Assembly (NCBI GenBank): GCA_945879015.1
Contig: CAMCUO010000005.1
Location: 1,306 to 65,305 of the forward strand
Direction of reading: 5' to 3'
From: Chitinophaga pinensis
GTDB lineage: Bacteria; Bacteroidota; Bacteroidia; 2-12-FULL-35-15
Length of the DNA: 64,000 nucleotides
Below, piece by piece: positions 19,153 through 27,196 of this stretch; the stretch's first letter is position 1, and each line of letters starts with the position of its first letter. The notes beneath the pieces were generated by a model. It was not told the origin of the DNA, ran no database searches, and saw only the letters and a program-made list of their open reading frames with translations. The position numbers and the translations under genes were made by a program.

Positions 19153-20599
19153 GGTAAATAAGCTATATCAGCTTCTTGAAAATTCGGCAGAACAGTTTCC
19201 GGATAATACTGCTTTAGTTTTGCAAGAAAAAAAGATTAGCTATCAACAATTAGATTCATTAGCTAATAAAATAAAACAAGCTCTTCATTCTATAAACATT
19301 TCTGAAGGAAATCGTATCGCTATTTGCTCTCCTAAATCCATTGAATTTGTCGCCTCTATTTTCGGAATATTAAAAGCTGGTGCTGCTTATGTTCCTGTTG
19401 ATTATAATTCACCTATTGAACGCAATAATTTTATTATTGAAAATTGTGAAGTAGCTGCAATTATTATTACTAAAGACTTGTTAGAAAATTTTAAAAATAA
19501 TTTTACGTTTTTCGCAGATATTGGAATTGATTTAGTTTTAGCAAAAAGCAATAAGGTAACATTAAAAAAATCTTCTGAAGATTTATCCTATATTCTATAT
19601 ACTTCAGGCTCAACGGGAAATCCAAAGGGTGTAATTTATACCAATGCTGGAGCACTTGAATTTATCAATTGGAGTTCAAATACTTTTTCTCCCACTTCGA
19701 GTGATTGTTTTTCGTCGCATGCGCCTTTTCATTTCGATCTTTCTATTTTTGATTTATATGTTTCTATAAAGCATGGAGCAACTTTGGTTCTGATAAAAGA
19801 AGAAGTGGCGAAACAACCTATGCTATTGGCTCAATTAATTTCAGAACAAAAAATTAGTATTTGGTATTCTACTCCTTCAATTCTAATAATGCTTTCGGAA
19901 TATGGCAAAATGGAAAAGTATAAGTATGATAGTTTGAGATTGATATTATTTGCTGGTGAAGTTTTCCCAATTGTCAAATTAAATACATTAAAGAAAAAAG
20001 TTAAAACATCGGTTTTTTATAATCTTTATGGACCAACAGAAACAAATGTTTGTACGTATTATCAATTGCCTGAAAATATTGAAACAAATATTCCGATTGG
20101 AAAAGTATGCGAACATTATCAAGCCTGTGTTGTTGGTGATGAGCTTTTAATTAGCGGAAAAGGTGTGATGTTGGGTTATTGGAATGTTCCTGAAAAAGAT
20201 AATTTTTGGAAGGACCAAGAAAATAGATTTTGGTACAAAACGGGTGATTTGGTAGATGTTGCAGAGAGTGGAGATTATATCTTTAAAGGCAGAAGAGATA
20301 GAATGGTGAAGCGCAATGGTTATAGAATAGAATTGGATGAAATAGAAACAGGATTAAGTAAACATCCCGATATTGTTATTGCGGCTGTTGTCAGTAAGAA
20401 CAATGAAGAAGAGCAAATGATTATTTCTGCCTTTGTTGTTTTAAGAAATACTGAGCAAAAATCAGTCATAAAAATGAAGGAATATTGTATGAATCACTTA
20501 CCTTCGTATATGGTTCCCAACGACTTTATTTTTGTTGAGGATTTGCCACAAACATCAAGCAATAAAGTGGATTATCAGAAATTAAAACAATTAGCCTAA
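19145..20599 (+). CDS. Stand-alone NRPS-type adenylation enzyme (DltA/PltF-like amino acid--carrier protein ligase)
   Basis: All A-domain cores are readable: LKAGAAYVPVD, LYTSGSTGNPKGV, FHFDLSIFD, NLYGPTETNV, YKTGDL, GRRDRMVKRNGYRIELDEIE, LPSYMVP, NKVDY. Confidence 0.85.
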   Translation: MHKVNKLYQLLENSAEQFPDNTALVLQEKKISYQQLDSLANKIKQALHSINISEGNRIAICSPKSIEFVASIFGILKAGAAYVPVDYNSPIERNNFIIENCEVAAIIITKDLLENFKNNFTFFADIGIDLVLAKSNKVTLKKSSEDLSYILYTSGSTGNPKGVIYTNAGALEFINWSSNTFSPTSSDCFSSHAPFHFDLSIFDLYVSIKHGATLVLIKEEVAKQPMLLAQLISEQKISIWYSTPSILIMLSEYGKMEKYKYDSLRLILFAGEVFPIVKLNTLKKKVKTSVFYNLYGPTETNVCTYYQLPENIETNIPIGKVCEHYQACVVGDELLISGKGVMLGYWNVPEKDNFWKDQENRFWYKTGDLVDVAESGDYIFKGRRDRMVKRNGYRIELDEIETGLSKHPDIVIAAVVSKNNEEEQMIISAFVVLRNTEQKSVIKMKEYCMNHLPSYMVPNDFIFVEDLPQTSSNKVDYQKLKQLA

Positions 20600-21747
20600 T
20601 GGAACTTTCCTTATCAACAGAGCAAATGCTTATCCAGGAAAACATTATTGGTTTTGCTCAAAAAGAATTGAATAATAATATTATTGAGCGCGATAAAAAC
20701 CAGCAGTTTTTACCTGAATTATGGAAAAAATGTGCGGAACAAAAACTTACTGGATTACCTGTTGAGGAAAAATTTGGTGGTGCTGGTTTAGATCCTATTT
20801 CTTCTGTTTTAGCATTGGAAGCATTGGGTTATGGCTCCGATGACGGTGGTTTGAATTTTTCTATATGTGCACATTTATTGGCTTGTGTTGTTCCTATCTG
20901 GAAATACGGAAACGAAAATCAAAAGAAAAAATACTTGCCTGATTTATGTAATGGAAAAAAAATTGCTGTAAATGCAATGACAGAAAGCGAATCGGGTTCG
21001 GATGTTTTTAATATTAAAACAACTGCTAAAAAGCAGGATAATGGATTTGTGATAAACGGAACAAAAACGTTTTGTTCAAATGGTCCAGTTGGAGATATAA
21101 TTTTAGTTTATGCGCTTACTGATGAAAGCAAAGGGTATTATGGTGGAATTACAGCTTTCATTGTAGATAAAAATGCAAAAGGATTTAAAGTCGGTCAGAA
21201 ATATGAGAAAATGGGTTTGCGCAGTTCGGGTATTTCTGAAGTAATATTTGAAAATGTTTTTGTTTCAGAAGAAGATATGGTTGGAGGATTTGGTGGTGGA
21301 GCAACGGTGTTTAATCATTCGATGGAGTGGGAGCGAACTGGTATGGCAGCTTTGCATGTTGGAACCATGCGCAAGTTGCTTGAAAAATCAATTGATTATG
21401 TTCAAACACGCAAATCAGGAAATGAAGTAATCGGTAAAAAACAAGCTATCGCTCATCGCATTGCAAATATGAAAGTTCAATTGGAAGCAGCTTCTTTGCT
21501 TACTTATAAAGCTGCATTAGGATTAGAAAAAAATAAAGAGAACATGATTCATGCAGCTTCAGCTAAACTTTTTGTGAGTGAAGCATTTGTTGCTGCTGCG
21601 ATTGATACCATGCAACTTTTTGGTGGAAATGGTTATATGACAGAATACGGTATTGAAAGAATTGTGCGAGATGCTCTTGGAAGTACTGTTTATTCTGGCA
21701 CATCCGATATTCAACGTAACATCATTTCTCGTTTGCTTGGATTGTAA
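20599..21747 (+). CDS. Acyl-CoA dehydrogenase-family flavoprotein, probably acting on a carrier-bound substrate
   Basis: 382 aa with the ACAD fold length. The C-terminal RDALGSTVYSGTSDIQR has Ser where MCAD has the catalytic Glu, and a Glu is present in SMEWER (IVD-like position). Start shares nt 20599 with the adenylase stop. Confidence 0.8.
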   Translation: MELSLSTEQMLIQENIIGFAQKELNNNIIERDKNQQFLPELWKKCAEQKLTGLPVEEKFGGAGLDPISSVLALEALGYGSDDGGLNFSICAHLLACVVPIWKYGNENQKKKYLPDLCNGKKIAVNAMTESESGSDVFNIKTTAKKQDNGFVINGTKTFCSNGPVGDIILVYALTDESKGYYGGITAFIVDKNAKGFKVGQKYEKMGLRSSGISEVIFENVFVSEEDMVGGFGGGATVFNHSMEWERTGMAALHVGTMRKLLEKSIDYVQTRKSGNEVIGKKQAIAHRIANMKVQLEAASLLTYKAALGLEKNKENMIHAASAKLFVSEAFVAAAIDTMQLFGGNGYMTEYGIERIVRDALGSTVYSGTSDIQRNIISRLLGL

Positions 21748-21790
21748 AATATTTAGTATTTTAGCGCTAGTTCTCGATACTACTAAATTT

Positions 21791-23179
21791 ATGAAACTAT
21801 ACGATGTCATCATTATTGGCGGGGGGCCAACAGGTTCAACTGCTGCGACACTTTTAGCTCAAAAAGGGTTAAGTGTTTTGTTGTTAGAAAAAGAATCCTT
21901 CCCAAGAGAACATGTTGGTGAATCATTGATTCCGATTTCTTATGATCAATTGAATAAGTTGGGATTGGTTGAAGAAATGAAAAAAATTTCTAGTCGTAAA
22001 CCTGGAGTTAGTTTTGATGCAAATGATGGTGTGAACCGATCTTTATGGTGTTTTAAAAGTGTTATTAAAGATGAATCATATTTAGCTTTTCATGTTATCC
22101 GTTCGGCATTTGATAAGCTTTTGTTGGATAATAGTAAAAAAGTGGGAGCTGAAGTGAGAGAGCAATACATGGTGAAAAATGTAATTCTTGATAGAGCAGA
22201 TAAAATAGTAGAAGTGCATGCAACAAATGCAGAAGGCAAAGAAGAAAAATTTGAATCCAAATTTATTGTTGACGCAAGTGGACTAAGTACTTTTCTAGGA
22301 AGAAAATTGGGAGTTAAAAAAGCATATGCGGGTTTAGATAGAGTGGCTACTTGGTCGCACTGGACAAACACCGAATTTGATACAAATTTAAAAGAAGGCG
22401 TTATTAAAATTGTTTATTTGGGTGGAGAGAAAAAAGGATGGATATGGGTTATTCCTGTGAGCAAAGAGCATTTGAGCATTGGTGTGGTTGTGAATAACAG
22501 TCATGTGAAAGAAAAGAAAAAGCAATTTCAAGATTCAGAAGATTGGAAAAAAGATTATTATTTGCAGGAACTACAAGAATGTTATTTGTATAAAACGGTA
22601 TTGAAAAACGCTAAGATGGAGCATAAAGTTGCCATGGCTGGTGACTACTCTTATTACTGCGAAAAAAAGTATGGTGAAAATTATGCTTTAGTTGGAGATG
22701 CTGGTGCATTTTTAGATCCTATTTTTTCAAGCGGAATTTTTGTTGGAATGAAGAGTGCTGAATTGGTAGCGGATGGTATTGAAGCGAACCTGAAAGGAAA
22801 AGGGAATGCTGAAATGGACAAAGCTTATGTTAATATCAATGGTGCTGTCAACTTACTTGAAAAATTTATTCGCTTGTTTTATACTCCTGAAGCACTTGAT
22901 TTTTCTAAGATTGGAACTCCAGAAGGACTTTTAATGTTTAAAAAATACGAACAAACATATTCCGTTTTCCATTACTTATTAGCGGGTGATTTTTTCAATA
23001 ATTATGAAAAGTACAGTGAATTTATTGATACCATACGTGATGAGAAGACTATGGCCAAATTCGAAAATTTAATTGATCACGCGCACAGCGCCTTACCTAA
23101 AAGTTGCGGAGAAGATTTTGAAGAAATGTATGGTGAAATGACGCATAAAATTGAGTTTGATCATAAGGCGTTTGAGTAA
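21791..23179 (+). CDS. FAD-dependent halogenase-like oxidoreductase
   Basis: Start taken at MKLYDVIIIGGGPTGS (GxGxxG). Also carries FPREHVGESLIP, GWIWVIP (WxWxIP) and GDAGAFLDPIFSSG. The ORF-track start at 21653 overlaps the ACAD gene and is rejected. Confidence 0.7.
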   Translation: MKLYDVIIIGGGPTGSTAATLLAQKGLSVLLLEKESFPREHVGESLIPISYDQLNKLGLVEEMKKISSRKPGVSFDANDGVNRSLWCFKSVIKDESYLAFHVIRSAFDKLLLDNSKKVGAEVREQYMVKNVILDRADKIVEVHATNAEGKEEKFESKFIVDASGLSTFLGRKLGVKKAYAGLDRVATWSHWTNTEFDTNLKEGVIKIVYLGGEKKGWIWVIPVSKEHLSIGVVVNNSHVKEKKKQFQDSEDWKKDYYLQELQECYLYKTVLKNAKMEHKVAMAGDYSYYCEKKYGENYALVGDAGAFLDPIFSSGIFVGMKSAELVADGIEANLKGKGNAEMDKAYVNINGAVNLLEKFIRLFYTPEALDFSKIGTPEGLLMFKKYEQTYSVFHYLLAGDFFNNYEKYSEFIDTIRDEKTMAKFENLIDHAHSALPKSCGEDFEEMYGEMTHKIEFDHKAFE

Positions 23180-23201
23180 ATAGCATTGTGCACCCATTCG
23201 T

Positions 23202-23325
23202 GAGAGATTGCCACATCCCGCGAAAATGCGGGACTCGCAATGACGCTCTGTTATGTGGTTATCGCTTTTAGAACGTCATTGCGAGGCACGACCCGAGCAT
23301 TCGGGGCGGGATGTGGCAATCTCTC
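23202..23325. repeat. Family A composite palindromic element, second copy, units in swapped order
   Basis: gagagattgccacatcccgcgaaaatgcgggactcgcaatgacgctct, then a 21-nt spacer, then gaacgtcattgcgaggcacgacccgagcattcggggcgggatgtggcaatctctc. It lies between convergent genes. Confidence 0.85.
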
Positions 23326-23349
23326 CAATATTGCGAAGACCAGTCACCC

Positions 23350-24063
23350 TCAAAAAAACCAAGCACTAACATTCATCACAATCTTCCTTCCCCAAGAAGG
23401 AACATGTTTTAAAAAATAAAAATTCTGAAATTTTAATTGCCACCAAAGTGTTGCATTTACTTTAGCACAAATTTGTTTTTTGTCATTTTCAAATTCTTCA
23501 CGTAAAATATCAATAATCAAAATCCACCGTTCATTTTCTGTTTTGTTCCATACTTCATGTTCGTATGCATCACAGAAGGCAAAGAGTTTTCCATTTTTCC
23601 ATGAAATTTGCTCATTTCCAACTCTCATTCCAATTTCCGGTAAGCTATTTTTGCAGTTTAAAGTAAAGTGACATCGATACATCACATTGCTATCACCATG
23701 ATGTGGTTTTATGGAAGTATTTGCATTTAAAATGGAAAACGAAGCATGTGTCATTGCTGGAATGCTTTCGATTATTCTTGTCGTCTCCGGACATTTTTCA
23801 CAATTTTCTTTTTTCTTTTTGCTCCAAACATACAATGGAAAAATAGTCCAGTTCTCTGCTTTGCTGGCAAGTGATTTATTCATGTAAGGAATAATATTTT
23901 TATCCTTTGATTCAACAAGTTTGGTGAATTCTTTTAAAATTAAATCGTAATTGTCTTCAAAAAGAGCCACCCATTTTTTGTCATGGATATCAAAAAAATT
24001 AGGCTCTGGGCCTTTGTAAGCGCTATTCTCTGCAAACGAATACCATTTCTTTGAATTTCCCAT
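23350..24063 (-). CDS. Aspartyl/asparaginyl beta-hydroxylase (AspH/LpxO) family Fe(II)/2OG dioxygenase, paralog 1
   Basis: KPHHGDSNVMYRCHFTL and FCDAYEHEVWN. Confidence 0.75.
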   Translation of the reverse strand: MGNSKKWYSFAENSAYKGPEPNFFDIHDKKWVALFEDNYDLILKEFTKLVESKDKNIIPYMNKSLASKAENWTIFPLYVWSKKKKENCEKCPETTRIIESIPAMTHASFSILNANTSIKPHHGDSNVMYRCHFTLNCKNSLPEIGMRVGNEQISWKNGKLFAFCDAYEHEVWNKTENERWILIIDILREEFENDKKQICAKVNATLWWQLKFQNFYFLKHVPSWGRKIVMNVSAWFF

Positions 24064-24806
24064 TAGTAAACTTTAAATAGATTAACACTTACTATAGCCA
24101 GTCGTGTAAATGGATGTAAACATTTTGCTAAAAACTTAATTGTTCTAGCAGATAATTTTTTAAGAAAAGTATATTTCTGCCATCTCTTTTGTAAAAAAAG
24201 CGAAGTCATTACTGTTGCGCAAATTTTTTCTTTTTCATTTTTAAATTCATCACGCACAACATCCACCACAAAAATAAAACGATCTTTCTCCGAATTATTA
24301 TACGCTTCATGTTGATAGGCATCCATAAACATCAACCATTTCCCATTTTTCCATGGACGAACTTCCTCTTTAACTTTAAAGGCACATTCTGGAAGTCCAG
24401 CCGGAATTTCCAGTCCTAAATGACATCTATAAATAGTATTTGTATCTCCGCAATGTGGATGAATTTTACTTTTTGCTTCTAATAAATTAAAAGAGGAAGA
24501 AGTAATTTCTGGATATTTTTGAATAATGGAATAAGTTATTGGAAAATATTTCTGATTTTTAAACTGTTGAATTCCCCATGTTCTCAGTGGAATTGTTTTC
24601 CAGCTATTTTCACGCGAAACCATTGATTTTATAAAATAACCAATGAGGTTGTCGCTTTTAAGATATTCTTTGAGTTCTTTATAAATGGCTTCGTAATTTT
24701 CTTCAAACTCTTTTGTCCAGCGAAATTCTTCTGGTTTAGTAAAAGGAGCTTCCGTTCCATGATATTCGTCATTTACGTTATATATGTTGTACCAAGCCTT
24801 TTGCAT
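24063..24806 (-). CDS. AspH/LpxO-family dioxygenase, paralog 2
   Basis: HPHCGDTNTIYRCHLGLEIP and FMDAYQHEAYN. Its stop shares nt 24063 with the paralog 1 start. Confidence 0.75.
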   Translation of the reverse strand: MQKAWYNIYNVNDEYHGTEAPFTKPEEFRWTKEFEENYEAIYKELKEYLKSDNLIGYFIKSMVSRENSWKTIPLRTWGIQQFKNQKYFPITYSIIQKYPEITSSSFNLLEAKSKIHPHCGDTNTIYRCHLGLEIPAGLPECAFKVKEEVRPWKNGKWLMFMDAYQHEAYNNSEKDRFIFVVDVVRDEFKNEKEKICATVMTSLFLQKRWQKYTFLKKLSARTIKFLAKCLHPFTRLAIVSVNLFKVY

Positions 24807-24850
24807 CCACTCTTTATTTATTATATTTGTTTTAGTAAAAACTCTAGCAA

Positions 24851-25537
24851 ATGTCTGAATTCGAATTTACAAATAAAAATCCTAAGTTCTTTTATGATTC
24901 TGCTCAGTTTCCTTTTTTGAAGCCATTGCTTGATAATGTTGGGGTTATTCGAAAAGAGTTGCAAGATATTATTGCTTCAGGAAAGGAAAATCAATGGATG
25001 AATACGTTTCCACATTATGTAAAATCTGACGAGCACAAAGCTTGGAAGGTATTTTCATTTTTGTTCTTTAATATGAAGCTTCCCAACAACGCAAAATTAT
25101 GTCCGAAAACGGCTGAACTCATTTATTCTATTACAGAGATTCTTTCTTGTGATTATTCTTATATGAATCCAGGAACTCATGTGCTGCCTCACAAAGGTTA
25201 TTCACGAATGGTTTTACGTTGTCACATTGCTTTGATTGTTCCAGATGAGGAACTTTGTGCTTTACGTGTTGGAAATGAAATTAAACATTGGAAAGAAGGC
25301 GAACTTATAATTTTTGATGATTCATTTGAACATGAAGCATGGAATAGATCCGACAAAAGAAGAGTTGTTTTAATGTTTGATATTCCAAATCCCCTTTGGG
25401 GATATACTGCTCATGAAATTTCAAAATATAAAATTGATAAAATTGATGATCCTTTTCTTTTATCGATGGCTCCCAAAGATGAATGGATAAAAGCGTTTGA
25501 AAAAGGAATTTTTCCTTTGGAGAGTTTTAAAGATTAA
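24851..25537 (+). CDS. AspH/LpxO-family dioxygenase, paralog 3
   Basis: LPHKGYSRMVLRCHIALIVP and FDDSFEHEAWN. It is divergent from paralog 2 across a 44-bp spacer containing TATATTTG (24821-24828). Confidence 0.75.
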   Translation: MSEFEFTNKNPKFFYDSAQFPFLKPLLDNVGVIRKELQDIIASGKENQWMNTFPHYVKSDEHKAWKVFSFLFFNMKLPNNAKLCPKTAELIYSITEILSCDYSYMNPGTHVLPHKGYSRMVLRCHIALIVPDEELCALRVGNEIKHWKEGELIIFDDSFEHEAWNRSDKRRVVLMFDIPNPLWGYTAHEISKYKIDKIDDPFLLSMAPKDEWIKAFEKGIFPLESFKD

Positions 25538-25602
25538 ATTTTGGTTGAGAATTGTTATATAGTCAATTGATTAAAGGTATTCTCAGCTTAAATGGTTCTG
25601 AC

Positions 25603-26526
25603 TTATTTCTTCTTCACAAAAACTTTCTTCACCAAACCAACCGCTTTCTCAACAACTAAACCTACAATAATTCCAGCAAGGACACAGGATAGTGCTTTTA
25701 TAAACCAGGCCAAAGCAGACATGTTAGCCAAAGTGTGTTCGAGATCGTGAATTAAATTGGCAGAAAATTCAAAGCCGTGAGCAATGATTTCTGCACCCAC
25801 CCAAAGCATGGCTGCGGTACCCACATAACTCAAAATTTTTAGGAAATGCGGCATGAACCTGACAAGACCAAGTCCGAATTTTTGCAGGACAGGATGAAAT
25901 TTATCCTTGGCTAAGTGAAGTCCTATGTCGTCTGCTTTAACAATCAATCCAACAAATCCGTAGACTGCAATAGTAATAAAAACACCAACAGCCAGCATCA
26001 CCAAAATCTGCTTCATCATTGGCTGGTCGGTGACATAACTATAAGCAATGGCAATAATTTCTGCGGAGAGAATAATGTCAGTGCGAACCGCACCTGTAAT
26101 CCTTTCTTTTTCCAATTCATCTGGCGTGATGACTTTTACTTCATCCATTGTTAGAGGCAGATCAGGATGTTTGCTAAACATTGAATGCAACTTTTCGTAC
26201 CCTTCGAAACATAAATAAGCTCCACCTAACATTAAAATTGGTGTGATTGCCCAAGGAGCTAAGTACCCGAGCAACAAAGCTGCAGGAGTTAAAATAAGAA
26301 GTTTATTTATGAGAGATCGTTTGGCAATCCTGTAAATGATAGTTAGTTCACGTGATGGATCGAGTCCAACAACGTACTTTGGCGTAACGGCTGTATCGTC
26401 AATGACAATGCCCGAAACCTTCCCGCTAGTTTTGATTACCTGTGCAGGTACATCACTCAAGTTGGCTGCAGTTGTTTTTACTAAAGCTGAAATATCATCT
26501 AAAAGTGCAAAAAAACCCGAAGCCAT
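25603..26526 (-). CDS. DUF808 (YedI-like) inner-membrane protein
   Basis: 307 aa, polytopic, with N-terminus MASGFFALLDDISALVK typical of the family (recalled, not searched). Confidence 0.55.
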   Translation of the reverse strand: MASGFFALLDDISALVKTTAANLSDVPAQVIKTSGKVSGIVIDDTAVTPKYVVGLDPSRELTIIYRIAKRSLINKLLILTPAALLLGYLAPWAITPILMLGGAYLCFEGYEKLHSMFSKHPDLPLTMDEVKVITPDELEKERITGAVRTDIILSAEIIAIAYSYVTDQPMMKQILVMLAVGVFITIAVYGFVGLIVKADDIGLHLAKDKFHPVLQKFGLGLVRFMPHFLKILSYVGTAAMLWVGAEIIAHGFEFSANLIHDLEHTLANMSALAWFIKALSCVLAGIIVGLVVEKAVGLVKKVFVKKK

Positions 26527-26584
26527 ATGCTATAATTTTGCTAATGTGTACATATTGAAATCGATGCAGGTGATTTTTTTCGAT

Positions 26585-27196
26585 TTAGAGCAAAGCATTT
26601 ATCGCCTCCATATTCTCATCACAAACTTCACCGCTAAATTTTAATTCCGCATTTTGATCGCTCAAAATTGCAGCAGCTTTATTTAGTTTTGCACCAATTG
26701 TTTTGTAGTCATCCACGTGCAATTCGTATAATTGATTGTCCACATGCTCTTGATCTGACAGTAATTTGTAGCCAAGTAACTTGTTGTAATGAATGGCTCT
26801 ATCATTGTCGCTCAATATTCTGATACGAGAAATTTTGCTGACATTTAATTTTAAAAACATAAAATTCAAAAGACACAATGTTGCAAAAACGGCTGCAAAG
26901 GAGCTGATGTAGTCTTTGTCACTAATAAAAATTCCTCCTTCGCCAAATCCTAAGCCTACATCATAATTTTTTGCATTGATGAGTCCAACTTGTTTGCCTT
27001 CAAATTCAATAATAAAATAATAATTGTTTCTGTTGTTTACGGATTTGAACCAAATTTTTTGAGCTTCAGGTGTAATGAAATTACGGTATTCCATGTAATT
27101 AGCAATATCACTTTGGTTTCTCCAATTACGAACCATCTCAATATCTTTTTCTTGCACTCTTACAAGCCGAACGCCATATTGTTCAAGAACTAACAT
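26585..27196 (-). CDS. GNAT-family N-acetyl/acyltransferase (PseH-like size)
   Basis: 203 aa with an N-terminal RLVRVQEKDIEMVRNWRN typical of sugar-N-acetyltransferase GNATs. Start overlaps the GT2 stop. Confidence 0.6.
   Translation of the reverse strand: MLVLEQYGVRLVRVQEKDIEMVRNWRNQSDIANYMEYRNFITPEAQKIWFKSVNNRNNYYFIIEFEGKQVGLINAKNYDVGLGFGEGGIFISDKDYISSFAAVFATLCLLNFMFLKLNVSKISRIRILSDNDRAIHYNKLLGYKLLSDQEHVDNQLYELHVDDYKTIGAKLNKAAAILSDQNAELKFSGEVCDENMEAINALL

Noticed and set aside
21653-21790. ORF-track start of the halogenase-like gene at 21653 (46 extra N-terminal codons)
   Set aside because: The extension overlaps the 3' end of the ACAD gene by 95 nt and encodes a hydrophobic, non-homologous peptide. 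The dinucleotide-binding fold normally starts within about 10 residues of the N-terminus, which fits the ATG at 21791.
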